A stretch of 64,000 bases of DNA from an uncultured Nitrososphaeraceae archaeon. Lineage in GTDB: Archaea > Thermoproteota > Nitrososphaeria > Nitrososphaerales > Nitrososphaeraceae. Within the stretch, counting starts at the first letter, position 1; every line of letters begins with the position of its first letter. Positions 1-13,176 of this stretch are shown piece by piece. Position numbers and translations under genes: made by a program. The notes under the pieces are model-generated. The model was given only the letters and a program-made list of their open reading frames with translations, ran no database searches and was not told the DNA's origin. The stretch is from positions 511,656-575,655 of the forward strand of contig CAVXZB010000084.1 of assembly GCA_963765895.1 (NCBI GenBank). The letters run 5' to 3'.

Positions 1-188
1 GTTGGGCCACTAGGGGCGAAATGAAATGGAGCATCCATGTGGGTTCCCGTATGAGTGCTCAAAAACACGACTTCTGAAATATATCCTTGAATCTCAAATT
101 TTGACCATTTTAGGAACGTAGGTGATGGATATCCAGGGAAGGTTATCATATCCGATGTGATTCCAAGTGTAAGATCAACTATTTTCAT
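1..188 (-). CDS. Cyclase family metal-dependent hydrolase (kynurenine formamidase-like), 5' part; runs off the window
   Basis: Manual translation MKIVDLTLGITSDMITFPGYPSP...LSTHTGTHMDAPFHF contains the HTGTHxDAPxH cyclase signature; absent from the ORF track. Confidence 0.9.
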   Translation of the reverse strand, partial: MKIVDLTLGITSDMITFPGYPSPTFLKWSKFEIQGYISEVVFLSTHTGTHMDAPFHFAPSGP

Positions 189-200
189 GTTTTAGTACGG

Positions 201-231
<31 letters not shown>

Positions 232-1851
232 TCCTTTTGTCATAAACTATCGATCTACATAAGCGCACTATCTAGATTGGCTATCGTATGAAAAGCGAAG
301 TTCATTTTCTATTCGGTTAATTTTTAGAATTGGGCAGACTATGGATCGAATCATTTGTATAATATCTTTTACTATAGACAACTGCCAAGTACAAGCTAGA
401 CTTTTCCTAAAACTCGAGACGAACATATACTTAACACTTTAGTTTAATCTTCTATTTGCACGTGGTACTTCATCGGCCAAACTTTTTATGTCCCCAAGAC
501 AAGCTACACAAATGAACGACGTCTGCGACAGATATTTGCTAATCGTTTGGGTATCTTAAAAATTCTCCCTAGAATAGCAGCTTAGATGGTATTGTGTATA
601 ATTATACAGTTATATTATGATTAATCACCTTTCAATCCCGAAGCTTCATGTATTAGGCTAATCTTAAATGATGTTCAAGACTAATTAAAACTAATAAAGG
701 GAGAAATATATTAAAATAAATAAAGCAGAATGAGTGAGAAACCATACTATTAAACTGGAATAAGTATAACATTGAACATAATACGTCTATCGCAACCGGA
801 TAAAAAGAGTTAAATGCCGAACAGAAATTTCAAAATATCTATCTTCATTTGAAGTATCATGAGTAATCCCACTAAAAGTAATAAGGCTGGACATCAACAA
901 CATAGAATAAATACTTTAATCAGACATGTGCGAAAAAAATCCCTGACTTACCGCTAGCCAACGGGTACGGTTCTATTGTTGGTAATCTAAATATAGACGC
1001 CATATGATGTCGTTATCTATACTTTTATTCTCAAATTAGATTCAACAAGGAATGATAAAGCAGACTCGGTTTGGCCCAAACATATAATTATGCATAGTTA
1101 AGATGGGATTACTAATAGATATTAGTTTACATCACTACTGAAGTCTATGTCAATTTTGAATTAGACGTAGAAATGCTAGAATGAGATAGAACTGGTAAGG
1201 CCAAGTTTCTCTCGTACTTACACCCTCATGACTTTACCACGATTTAAGAGTTTAGCAGTCTATACCTATTTTTATTAGGCGCAAGCAAATAGGACTGTAA
1301 AGGATAGGTACATACAACAGTATTAATCGCAGCTTCTAAAAGTCCTATTTTAAGAAATTTAATGTACGAAAATGCTTTTATCCCTCTCTCCTCAGCAGTC
1401 TCTATACTGATGATGTTCTTGCTGCACCAAATAATGGAATATTACCAGTAATAGTAGTTTCAGCTGCAAGTATGGACTATAGAGAAATATCATCAGTAGA
1501 AAATCCCTTATGTCGATACAATTATAGCTAGCAGTGTTGGGTACATTAAAGTAATCAGTCTAATGTCAGGCTATTAGTTGAAATTATTGCGTTATTTATA
1601 ACCGTTAAAATCCAGAATCAACTCCACGAGATAATTTAATACAGGAATTAAATCAAAAACAAATGTAATCGTAATAGCAACAGATGTTGACTCTGACCGT
1701 AGATAGAAATAGGCAGTCGGGATCTCCTGCATGTTTTTGATTGATTGCAGTAAAGATATACTAATATTTCGTATATTTTGATTATTTTGCACATATCTAA
1801 GCAGTAATATTTATCTTACCTGATACCCCTTAATTAGGTGCTAGAAAACAT

Positions 1852-2713
1852 ATGACTGAAGCGAAGCAGTACGCACATCCAGAAGTGTTAGTTGACATAC
1901 CATGGGTTGAAAATCATCTCAATGATCCAAATATCAGAATCGTTGAAGTAGATTATGACCCTGTGGCAAACTATGAATTAGGACATATTCCTGGTTCAGT
2001 ATTAGTAAACTGGAAGCATGATATAAACGATCCTGTAAATAGAAACGTTTTAAACAAACAAGCTTACGAACAGCTGATGCAAAGAATTGGAGTCAATAAT
2101 GATACAACTCTTGTTTTGTATGGAGATTTCAATAATTGGTTTGCAGCATTTGCGTTTTGGGTATTCAAGTATTACGGATATAGAGATGTCAGAATTTTAA
2201 ATGGTGGCAGAAAGAAATGGTTAGCGGAAGACAAGCCTGTGACAAAAGAGATTCCCAGCTATCATCAAAGGGAGTTTTAAGCTAGACCTACAGTCAGAGC
2301 CTGACAAAAATATTAGAACATTTCTTAATTATGTGCGTAATACGCTCGGAACAACTACACTGATAGATGTCAGAAGCCCAAAAGAATTTACAGGAGAAAT
2401 TACAGCGCCTCCAGAATATCCTACAGAACATGCTCAGAGAGGAGGTCACATACCTAATGCTATCAATATCCCATGGGCTCAGGCCGTAAATGATGCGGAT
2501 GGAACGTTCAAGTCAGTTGAAGAATTAAGAAAATTATATGAATCTAAGGGTATAACTCCGGACAAGGAAGTCATAACTTACTGCAGAATCGGTGAAAGAT
2601 CCTCACATACCTGGTTTGTTCTTTCGTATTTGCTAGGATATCCCAATGTGAAAAATTATGACGGATCGTGGACAGAATGGGGAAATATGATAGACAATCC
2701 TATAGAGAAGTAG
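1852..2713 (+). CDS. Thiosulfate sulfurtransferase (two-domain rhodanese, CysA/SseA type), split by one frameshift near 2265
   Basis: GHIPG, LNGG, GHIPNA, CRIGERS active loop and YDGSWTEW motifs; the alternate frame [25 protein letters not shown] bridges the two ORFs. Confidence 0.9.
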
Positions 2714-2938
2714 AGATTTAAATGGAGGCACATAAAATCTAAAATGATTCACATTTTATTTTTTATTTCTTTGATTCTCTAATTTGTGAGTAGCTGATCA
2801 TACTAGGATCCAAACAGTACACTAACAAACAAACTAATCATAACGGCAGATGAGGTTTAGCTCAGTTGGTTGAGGTTAGATTTAACAGTGGTTAATCAAA
2901 ACTCAAATAGCAAACACTTCCTTCTGAACTACTAAGCC

Positions 2939-3136
2939 TTGAAGCAGAGTAATAGACGAAATTTCAAATGCGATCAACCTTTAGATAAAAAAGTGGAGAG
3001 ATTACGCCTAGAAAATGGAAAATTTTGTAGATGTGGGTATTTAAAATCACATCATGCTAAAATATTTGGATGTACATATTTTTACGTATGTACTTGTAGA
3101 ATGTATTATCCTGTTAAAAAAGCAAGATGCAATTAA
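2939..3136 (+). CDS. Small Cys/His-rich putative metal-binding protein
   Basis: CRCGYLKSHH...C...CTC pattern, similar in layout to the microprotein at 53976. Confidence 0.5.
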   Translation: MKQSNRRNFKCDQPLDKKVERLRLENGKFCRCGYLKSHHAKIFGCTYFYVCTCRMYYPVKKARCN

Positions 3137-4602
3137 TTCAATAGGAAAAATGACATGAGTGACACTAAACTAACCTCACTATCGATTCTGATAGGCGGCA
3201 AATTTCATGTAATAATAAATCTTTTGATACCTCCATTGATAACGAAGCAAGGATACAGGGGTAATAGAATATTGCTTTGAAAAGAGGTGCAGTAGACTTG
3301 CTGGTTTGAGTCTTGAGATTAGTGGTAGTTGATTTTATACATCACTACCGATGCAGAGTCAATCAAGGAAACTTTAGGGATGCCTGCGGAGAAAAGTTCA
3401 ATGGTTTGAAAATACATCGTCTTTAACTAATCAGAAAGTATACAGACCAGAGGACCAGAAAAATTGAAATTTAAGGAGCAGCAGATAATGATACAACTTG
3501 ATTTAAAACTAGCGAGTATATTTTTGGACATAATGATTTTAATGAACAAATAAAACTTGAGTGTAATATAGAGGCTTTTATATTTTAGTGTTATAAGTCT
3601 TGTCTGAGGTGTGAAAATCGCCAAATTAATCATACCCTATGTTGTCTAGGATATTGCATGATATGTGAGCCTGACGATACCAAAAGCCAAGACTGATCAT
3701 TGAAAACTGATAGTAAGGCACGAAAAACATAATTAAATAGCTTTTGTGAAGAATTGAAGAATAATATACGGAATGCCAAGCCGTCGGTATTGGAATTTAT
3801 TATTATGATCCTGTAGATGAGAATATATCGAGGATCCGAGAAGCATTTGTGTATGGTTCAATACTGTACCGACCTTTGACATAAAATTCTGTCCTTTTTA
3901 CGGTAAGACGTTTAAGATAATCCAGAAATGAAAACACAGGCTAAACAACAAATGTCAGTGCCCATTCATATACATGATTTCTATTGTAATCGTAGCTAGT
4001 CTCTCTGGTACAATTTTATTATAAGACACAAGATACTTAAAGTAACACGAAACAACTTTATACAAAAAGGCATTTAAAGACCTGCCAGAACACCTGACTC
4101 AGTTATCTAGATAATTGTATGTCATTAAATCCATATTTATCTTCGTAATGTATATGACAACAATGTCTTTTTTCGTTCAGTGGACTTAATTGTAATAGTA
4201 TCGTTTTTCAGCAATTTGTCCGAGCTGTTAACAGCGGTATAACACTAAAAAGCGATATTTCGTTATATTTCGGTATAATTAAACAGTACAAAAACAAATT
4301 TGTGTACAATCGACTAGTAACGCATCTATAGTGTAACATTAATTTTCTGAACATGATTAACATCATAGACAGGTGGTATCTAAAACACTGCTATCCCTTG
4401 CATCTCTTTGCTACATCTTTGGCGTTTGCTACAGATTTTTCAGTTTTACAGCACTTGTTTATTAATCATGATAACTGACGATAAGATTTTAGCGATAAAA
4501 ATTGATTTCCATGACTGTATATATTCTGTTAGAATATAGTCCATTTGAATGACTAGAGACATAGAGTTATATCTTAGATAAAGATATATAGATATACTTA
4601 AT

Positions 4603-5556
4603 ATGAAATTTGGTTTACAGCATCCCAATTTTAGTTTCGATTATAAAAATGACGATACATCCCAGATAGTGGATTCTTTAAAAGATCTCATCTTAATGGC
4701 AGAGAATGCTGGCTTTGATTCCTTTTGGGTAATGGATCATTTTCATCAGATAAAGTTTGTAGGAGGCCCAGATGAACCTATGCTTGAAAGTTGGACAACT
4801 ATCTCCGCGCTTGCAGGTATTACTACAAAAATAAAACTTGGAACGTTAGTAACAGGCATTGTATATAGACATCCAGCAATCCTAGCAAAGATTAGTGCTA
4901 CGTTAGATGTCCTTAGTAAAGGCAGATTGTTTATGGGAATAGGAGCGGCATGGAATCAAGAGGAATCCTTCGCATATGGAGTTCCTTTTCCCTCGACAAG
5001 AGAGAGGTTATTGAGACTTGAAGAAGTCATTCAAATTATACGTAAAATGTGGACTAAATCTACCGCTACCTTCAATGGTAAATATTATCAGATAAAAGAT
5101 GCTTATTGTAATCCTAAACCATTACAGAAGCCTCATCCTCCTATTATGGTAGGTGGGGGCGGAGAACGTAACACATTAAGGATCGTGGCAAAGTACGCAG
5201 ACGCATGCAACCTATTTGGCTCTTTCGAGACAATAAAAAGAAAGTTGAGTATATTAAACGAACATTGTAAGAATGTTGGTAGAGACTACGATTCAATTCT
5301 GAAGACCAAATTGGGTATTGTGTTAATCGATAATGATAAGGAATCACTAAACAAAAAGTTAAATGAACTGTTTAAGGGAATGCCTAAAGAGCAGATTAAA
5401 GAATTCGTTATTTATGGAACTCAAGAAGAAGTCTTGAAAGAAATAGAATCGCTTGAAAATGTCGGGATTGAGTATTTCATAGTGGATTTAGATCCATCTA
5501 GAGAACTCGAACAATTAGAATTGTTTGCAGATAAAATTATGAAGAACCTTTCCTGA
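4603..5556 (+). CDS. LLM-class (luciferase-like) F420-dependent oxidoreductase
   Basis: AENAGFDSFWVMDH, LGTLVT, DVLSKGR, GIGAAW, PKPLQKPHPPIMVGGGG, A.YAD motifs; intact 317 aa. Confidence 0.92.
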   Translation: MKFGLQHPNFSFDYKNDDTSQIVDSLKDLILMAENAGFDSFWVMDHFHQIKFVGGPDEPMLESWTTISALAGITTKIKLGTLVTGIVYRHPAILAKISATLDVLSKGRLFMGIGAAWNQEESFAYGVPFPSTRERLLRLEEVIQIIRKMWTKSTATFNGKYYQIKDAYCNPKPLQKPHPPIMVGGGGERNTLRIVAKYADACNLFGSFETIKRKLSILNEHCKNVGRDYDSILKTKLGIVLIDNDKESLNKKLNELFKGMPKEQIKEFVIYGTQEEVLKEIESLENVGIEYFIVDLDPSRELEQLELFADKIMKNLS

Positions 5557-5873
5557 TTTACTATACCAACAGGATAAGAAAGTGTTATTATATTATTTAA
5601 CAAGCTTTAAACTTTAAAATTAACGTAATATGTTATAATATTACCTAGAGATACTGTAACTCTTTGTCAGTGACCAATGAATATTTAATATTTTACTATT
5701 TGATTATCTGATATAATTTGTAACTGTGACTAAATCAGCTAACGAAATGACTATCGTAAGTGTAGAATAGACGAATTTCAGAAATATCATCATGTTTGAA
5801 AATGAGTTCTGCGATATCTGAATCATAAATTCGTAATATTATCAAATTAGACAGTATAGATGTATGTATACAA

Positions 5874-6740
5874 GTGGAAGAGAAAAATGTTGCAATAATA
5901 ACAGGTTGTTCGTGTGGGATTAAGCTTGAAACCTTAAAAATTTTGCCAGAAATGGGTTTTATGCGTACTCTACAATGCCTAACATTGACAATACAAGAAA
6001 CTGACAAATCAATCAGAGAAAATTCTGGTCGAGATTGATATGCCACTGTAAATTATTAGGCTCGATGTCAACGATGGCTTATCTATCCATAATACAATTG
6101 ATACAATATTATCAGAAAGACAGACGATCGATATTTTAGTAAATAATGCCAGGTATGTATCAGTATGCCCAATAGAAGAGACATTAATTGATGAAATGAA
6201 GACCCCAGTTTGAGACTAATCTCTTTGGGGCAATTAGGGTTATTAAGTCGATATTGACTACGATGAGAAAACAGATGAGTGGAAAGAATAGCAAATATCT
6301 ATGGGTAGCAAAATTGCCGTTCCTCTTAATACAACTTATCACGCTACAAAATTTGGCTTGGAGGGAATATTTGAATTACTACAATTTCAATCGGAATAGT
6401 TAGGATAAAGATAATACTAATAGAATCTGGAGCTGTAGAATCTAATTTTTGGGCTAATTTGAAAATCGCTAAGCTCCGAGCAGATGTACAGGCCTAATTC
6501 GCCTTAGTTACGATTAATTCAGACTGTATCAAAAGTGGTTGAAAGAATGTCCGGAGAACCAATCACCGCAGGAGAACTTGCATGAGAGGTATCAGAGACT
6601 GTCACCTAGAGACTATCACCTCTGACGACCCGGGTTTAGATATGTAGGTGGTAAGGATGCCACAAGAATAATGATACAAGGAAGATATGTCTGAAAAACA
6701 GTTTAAAGAATGAATGATGGAGAATTTCGGCCTGGTATAG
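5874..6740 (+). pseudogene. Degraded short-chain dehydrogenase/reductase (SDR)
   Basis: Fragments in different frames: VAIITGCSCG, IDILVNNA, FETNLFGAIRVIK, YHATKFGLEG, IILIESGAVESNF; multiple stops and frameshifts. Confidence 0.8.
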
Positions 6741-7204
6741 GAATCTGTGAAGACTGATTATTACAAATATTTACTTACCGGCACAGACCCATCCTCTAGA
6801 TAGACTCATTAAAAGTAGGTATTTTTGAGCTTCTTCTAGGAATATTTGGAAACTTAATTACTAATAGGCCTCCTTATTGTATTCGTTTATTTATATAGAT
6901 CGTGTATCTCACATAGAGAGCAGAAGATGTTGTTAATTTATTTCGAATAACCATTTATTCCTATAATTCATAAGTAAATCTACTGTCGTTCCTACAACAT
7001 GAGGTTGGTTGGAACCCCAGGAGCATATTTGTCAAATTGATGACATGTGTTCATCCGTGCAAATTGTTTTGGGGGCTACACCATCAACCAATTTGCTATA
7101 TTTTTATTATAGTATACACATTTGATTAGATTTGGTTGTCATTCAAGCTATTAAGGCGATGCGATCATAACTCTACTTTCTTGATCTCATTTTATGGCAA
7201 GTTA

Positions 7205-7453
7205 TTAGTTAGTTCTTTTTGAAAGTTTCGTAATCAACTCTTTAATCATTTTCTGTTGCTCCAGTATTAATGCAATAAATAACGATTCAGTCGTAAATGG
7301 CTCGCCTTTAGCATTTATTGCATCAACATATTTATTAATTTCCTCTATCATTTCCATAAATGATTTTTTATTATCTGCTCGTAAAGCGAATGCAAAGCCA
7401 TTTTTCCATGACTCTATTTCTTTTGTTAAACTATAGTTCTCATTCGTAGCCAA
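7205..7453 (-). CDS. Hypothetical helical protein
   Basis: Intact 82-aa ORF with protein-like composition (EIESWK.FAFALR...AINAKGEPFTTESLFIALILEQQK). Confidence 0.7.
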   Translation of the reverse strand: MATNENYSLTKEIESWKNGFAFALRADNKKSFMEMIEEINKYVDAINAKGEPFTTESLFIALILEQQKMIKELITKLSKRTN

Positions 7454-7475
7454 ATATGTAATTAGCGCACATTCC

Positions 7476-7554
<79 letters not shown>

Positions 7555-7683
7555 GAGACTACTTTACCGGGAGGGAACAGTTAGTTTGGTTGGTTGTTTA
7601 TTTGTTCATACTTACACATTGTCTCATTTGTCCCTGAATATATTTAATATGTCTTCCTTGGAGAGAGGTGTATCTGTACCTGT

Positions 7684-7932
7684 TTACTTGTGGTATAATT
7701 CAATTTCAACGACTTTCTGTACATCCGGATCGAGATTTTCTTGTTTATTTAGAAGCAGAAAATCTCTCCAAGACATATTGCTAGTGGTTGTAAAGGCCTG
7801 TCGTGCAGCAAGCTCGTTTTTTAGCGAGTCGAAGATCTGATAATGTCGATAACAGTATATGCTATTATTATCATCAAGCGAAGAGGCATTCTGTCCACAT
7901 GCTATGCATATCTTTCCTGCTCCGATAGTCAT
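7684..7932 (-). CDS. Small protein with N-terminal CxxC...CxxH zinc-finger-like motif
   Basis: CIACG...YCYRH in an 82-aa ORF with ATG start. Confidence 0.65.
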   Translation of the reverse strand: MTIGAGKICIACGQNASSLDDNNSIYCYRHYQIFDSLKNELAARQAFTTTSNMSWRDFLLLNKQENLDPDVQKVVEIELYHK

Positions 7933-8570
7933 TATTTGTGATAATTTCTAGCCCTTAATATGGTTTAAAAATATCATATATCAGCTCAATTTCCCACACT
8001 ATACCATCCATCACCATTTTCACGTAGTGCACAGACAATAAACGACAATCTATTAAATCAAGTGACTATATCAGCATTTAAATATAATACTACAATGAGT
8101 AATAGTACCAATATTTCCAAATCTAACGCAACTAGTAATACACGTGCTAGCAATTTCACACATTAAGTTGATAGGATAGTTGCTAGACGGTTTGATGTAT
8201 AGATATTCTTACTTATTCTTACTGTATCTGTACCTAGGTACTATTACTATATGCTATAATTACAGACACAGATGAATATTTAGCTTACGGACATGGGTTA
8301 AACTTCTGTTGTCAGGAAGTACCTCCTCCATTCCATTGTGATCATAACAAGAATGGTGGAGGTAGTTCTAATAGATAGAGATGTCAAGAAATGATACTCC
8401 GTTTAAATCCTGCTTTTACGCCTGTTTTTAGTACGAATTTGATCGTAGAGATAGTAGAGATCGTGAAGATATTTCATTATATCATAATCTGCAGTTAATG
8501 TGTGATTTTGTTAGTTTAGCTAACTTCATGTTGTTGGTTTTAAATAATATATCAACTACTAACAATATAC

Positions 8571-9509
8571 ATGACTCGAGCTAATGGGAAAGATATTAAG
8601 TCAATGTTAATAAACAAAAAAACTATTTCATTATTCTTTCAGTTGTCTTTGACGGTCCTGATTTTGCTAGGAGCTGGATTAGCGCCTGCTCAAGCTTCAG
8701 CGCAATCAATTCCAAGTACTGGCAATACATATTCCTTCTCAAACCTGAACTTATCTTCTCCTGTCAGACCTAGTCCAACTACATTTCCTCCACCGTCAGT
8801 ATCTCCCGAATTGTCTGCGGCTCAAAAAAGCGCATCAACAAACAAGCCATGCACACTTACACCATCGCTGATAGAACACGAAGGTACTCCACAACAGACA
8901 GAAGGTCCATACTTTATTGATGGCATGCCTAACCGATCTAATATAAGATCAGATCCTTCTCTTGGTTCAATACAGCAAGGCATCCCATTGCACCTAGTAA
9001 TTCATGTTTATGGTATAAATAAAAATGGTTCATGTAGTCCTCTCAAAGGAGCCAAAGTAGATATCTGGCATGCTAATTCTCAGGGTATTTATTCTGATAT
9101 TGCTGACCAAGGTAATATAGGAAAGAAATTCCTCAGGGGATATCAACTTACGGACAGTAGTGGGACCGTTAGATTTACGACGATATATCCAGGTTGGTAC
9201 CAGGGTAGAGCCATTCATATACACGACAAGGTTCGTACATTTAACGGATCAGACAAAACTTTAGATTGGACATCACAGCTATACTTTGACAATTCTGTAA
9301 ATGAACAGGTCCACAAGCAACTACCATACAGCAAGCATGGACCTCCTGACATGACGAATGAACAAGATGGCATTTATGCAGGACCATCAACTGATGGCCC
9401 ATTTCAGAGCAATAGTGGAAAGCATTTAATGGTTGATTTAACTAAAGAAGGACAATCCTACCGTGGTACATTCAATATTGTATTAAACACTACTCAACAA
9501 AAAAGTTAA
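8571..9509 (+). CDS. Intradiol ring-cleavage dioxygenase-like protein with signal peptide
   Basis: TEGPYF, VDIWHANSQGIYS, LRGYQLTD, TIYPGWYQGRAIHIH (Tyr/His iron ligands); hydrophobic N-terminus ending ASA, then a Pro/Ser linker. Confidence 0.9.
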   Translation: MTRANGKDIKSMLINKKTISLFFQLSLTVLILLGAGLAPAQASAQSIPSTGNTYSFSNLNLSSPVRPSPTTFPPPSVSPELSAAQKSASTNKPCTLTPSLIEHEGTPQQTEGPYFIDGMPNRSNIRSDPSLGSIQQGIPLHLVIHVYGINKNGSCSPLKGAKVDIWHANSQGIYSDIADQGNIGKKFLRGYQLTDSSGTVRFTTIYPGWYQGRAIHIHDKVRTFNGSDKTLDWTSQLYFDNSVNEQVHKQLPYSKHGPPDMTNEQDGIYAGPSTDGPFQSNSGKHLMVDLTKEGQSYRGTFNIVLNTTQQKS

Positions 9510-9714
9510 TCAATACTAAAACCGTAGTGATTCCAAAACTAAGGAGGAGGACGAGATAATAATATATATGAATAGTTTGGGACAATGTGCCTGCATGGTA
9601 CAGCTTTCGAGTTCTGCGGGTACTAGTTACCAAAAAAGTGAGCCGCTAATAGTACTTGAATACGAATACAAAAGGGCAGCATAGTGAGACATTTGAGCAT
9701 AAAAATGACAAGAA

Positions 9715-9999
9715 GTGCCATCGCATTCTTTATCATCACCGTTACCATCATTATACACTAAATTCTCCGACCTTGGCAAAGTATTCTGGCCTGAGACAAC
9801 ACAACACCCACCGCCAACAAGAGCAAATTTAATTGAATATTATGATAAGATTGGTAGCTATATCCTCACACATCTTAGAAACAGGCCGCTCATATTAAGC
9901 AGATTTCCGGATGGCATTGACAGCAAACACCTTTATCAAAAGAATTTGGATAAAGAAACAAACAACCTCCGGAGTATGATTAGTTACCTCTTTATCTAA
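9715..9999 (+). pseudogene. ligD: N-terminal fragment of a LigD polymerase (PolDom) domain
   Basis: KVFWPET...LIEYYDKIGSYILTHLRNRPLILSRFPDGI...YQKN matches the PolDom start; catalytic portion is absent. Confidence 0.8.
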
Positions 10000-11614
10000 G
10001 ACACATTTACCATTTTCTACTGCTGTTCTTTATGCAGTAGTCTGCTTGCTAAACCTAGGATGCATAATGAATAAGCTAACACCTGATTTTGTTTAGAGGG
10101 ACTCCGAGTTATTCGTTCAGCATCGCTATCTTCTTGGATACACATATGTCCGAAGAATACCTCCTTTAATACCAAAGTCTGAAACTAGTCCAGAGCATGC
10201 TAACGAAATTCTGAAAAATGAGTGAATGACTAAATTAACACGTTGGACTTTTACTGTAGTTACCTTTGCTCCTTTAGTTACACTAGGTTTGGGAATCTTG
10301 GGTTTCTTGTAAGTTGCAACTCCTTTCGATTTCGATCATGTCCATCATCAGGCGCGCCCCCTGGCGTATTTATGCATTATTATCTTCCCGTTAATCCTAT
10401 TTAATTCGCATGCTGAATAGTTATATACATATGTTATTCCTATATATTTTACATGGATTCAAAAGCTCTGATTCATAGCATACTAGCAGTATCAACGATC
10501 ATCATAATACTAGTAACAATGGCGTCAGTAGGGCAAAGAGTAGATACCATCTGTAGTTACAACAATAAAAAGTGCTGCTAGAACAATAACCCCAAATACA
10601 AATGACATAAATTGTCAATCTAAGAAGGGAACTGCAAACACTGAAACAGATCTAGGTACATTAAAGTTTGCAGGTGAAAAATGTACAGGTGAAAATGGTG
10701 GAACTGTAGTAGCAGGCGGAGTCAAATCCAATTCAGGAGCTACAGGAATACACGGTATTAATGGCCCAAACGACAATTCTCATATTGGGGGATTTATCAA
10801 AAGGTAAACAAGTACATACTCTATTTTTCCGCGTAGCAATAATTGTCTGCACTTGCTTGTTCTCTATAAATTACTGTAAATCTGCAAAGCAAAGATTTAC
10901 TCATCTTATTAGTGCGAATTGTGCACAAATTCAGAAATTATTCTCTACTGAATATGTGAAAAGTCCTACTTTTTCCTCTCCTTCATTGTCTAAAGGCATT
11001 CTAAAATGGGCCAGCTCTAAGTTGATCTCAATCAACCGTCCTATCTGCCAACGATATCGTTTCTGAATATAATGAAGCGATGGAAATAACGCTTCAGCTT
11101 ACTATAGCTGCTTATAATGATTCGAAAGTTTAATACGAAACAGCTTCTTAGGCATTAAAATCCCCATAAAGCTTCATGCAATGTAGCGACAATATATTCT
11201 AAGCTAATGTTATGCTTGAATAATTTGGCTCCAAGTCAATTTCCAGCCCTACAAAATAAGGTCAGAAATATCTTACTATTACTAATTCTTTTTTTTATAC
11301 TATAGGTATTTGAATTATAATCAATATGCAAATGAGCAATAGCCAAACAAGTAATAACTATTTCAAATATTTACTATTAACTATGAAGGGTATTTCTTCG
11401 ATTACAAGATATTCTACCCAATTTTGATGAGGGTTTTGTAATCGAGGAGGAATGAGACACACATCGCCTGACATTCATCATCATTTCTAATTTCATAGAT
11501 TAGGATCGAAAAGATTTCTGCTAGCAGTATCATTTAATAATCCGTCTACTACCAATATAAAAAAATGAAGAGTTAGAAACAAGTTGGTATCCTTACATCT
11601 GTTTCTTATATTCA

Positions 11615-12077
11615 CTAATTGCTGGCATCATTATTACTGTCGTTAGGACTATTACCTGTATCCTTACTGCCGCCAGAATTGTCGTTAGTATCGCTGCTGC
11701 TACTGCTGCCTACCCCCTCCAAATGTAGAATCAAAACAATCTCTTATTTGCTGTTTCGTTGCAGAACCACCGTTTGAAGCGTCAGAAAGACAACTCTGGA
11801 ACTTGTCGTAATCGCCTTTACCCGAGCCGCTACTGCTTCCACTGCCGCTACTGCCGCTACTACCACTGCCGCTACTACCACTGCCGCTACTACCACTGCC
11901 GCTACTACCACTGCCGCTACTACCACTGCCGCTACTACCACTGCCGCTACTACCACTGCCGCTATTGCTACTGTCGTCTTTCTGTGCAAATACATGGCTT
12001 GTGAAACTAACTGATGACATAGATAATGCCACTGCAATTGTCATGAGAACAATTGATATCATTTTTGTTGTATACAT
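11615..12077 (-). CDS. Secreted Ser/Gly-rich low-complexity protein; probable frameshift in a G-run near 11715
   Basis: Signal peptide ending VFA, (SSGSG)n, a two-Cys segment; removing one G extends the frame with GSSSSSDTNDNSGG...ASN to a stop near 11615. Confidence 0.75.
11863..11964. repeat. 15-bp coding tandem repeat CCACTGCCGCTACTA, six full copies plus one partial
   Basis: Perfect tandem copies encoding SSGSG on the minus strand. Confidence 0.95.
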
Positions 12078-13176
12078 TGTTTCTTTAACGAATATCCTCT
12101 TATGTCATTTAAATTATTTACTCAACATTTTGTTACTCCTTATTCAGGTTATGTTGTTAAACAAAATATGTGGAATTAGGTCATAATATTTTGCAAGTCG
12201 AAATGGCATAAATGGTAAAAGCTATCAATTTGGCTACATTTGATGAGTAATTTATATAATCAAGGCGAAACTGAACACTCGAAACTATTATTATTATAAC
12301 GAATCATCTTTTTTGCAATAGCAATATTGCGACAAGAATAATCTCGCATATATTGAGCATTTGTGATTATTAAATCAAGACGAATTCCGATAGGCAAATC
12401 CCACCATAGATCAAACGGAATACAACTTAAATGAGAATTCAAAAGGGGTTGAAACCATCAAATATTAATAATACCGTGCTTGCTGCGAACGTATCATCTT
12501 AAAGTCTTGACATATCCATTGTATCACAGGTTTTTCATATTAGTAATTAATTTGCCGCAACAGTCATACGATTGGAGGAAAATTAAAACTTCTATGAAAT
12601 GATTTACATATTTAATATTACTTTTGCGATACAGAGCATCTAAAGGAGTATCGTATTATACCTTTTTTATATTTTATTAGAGTTTTTATCAAAGTTAACG
12701 TCTTTTTCAAAGTGGGAGTGTTTATCTGCTAAATAATAGACAGATTAATTTAGCGTAGAGAGGATCGTTGTTTGAATGTTCTTAAAATGCATAGATTGAG
12801 TACGATAATATATCAGGTTAAAATGTGCAAATGACCATCAAGAGCATACAAGATAAATAAAAGATATTGTTTTTTATTCTAAATATATGAAAATTCCAAA
12901 GTAGATACCTTGATATGGTTGTAAGATCAATACTTGACTCCCTTCTCAATAGTATAAGGCTTCAGGTCTTTTGCAAAATGCCCAGAATTATATTTGCAAG
13001 AACAACGCAATCAATCTATCAATTAATCTAAGCCATGTTCTAGGGCTATAGAATTAGTAGAAGATATCTATGATTATATTGAGGTTTCCATTCTCACCGA
13101 TCTCAGATAAAGAATAATACAACTCGATATGGCAGTAGTATTCATAATGAAAAGGTAAACAGGCGCAACTTAGCAA

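Noticed and set aside
2260-2300. Programmed ribosomal frameshift in rhodanese (and in other split genes)
   Set aside because: No consistent slippery heptamer or downstream structure, and frameshifts are scattered across unrelated genes.
2853-2910. GGTTTAGCTCAGTTGGTTGAG resembles a tRNA D-arm
   Set aside because: No T-arm (GTTCRA), anticodon stem or acceptor pairing follows.
11863-11964. Possible CRISPR array
   Set aside because: Contiguous tandem repeat with no spacers; no cas genes in the window.
11744-12037. ORFs with (AAVVV)n and (CRYYH)n repeats
   Set aside because: Alternate-frame and antisense readings of the 15-bp SSGSG repeat; only the Ser/Gly frame has a signal peptide.
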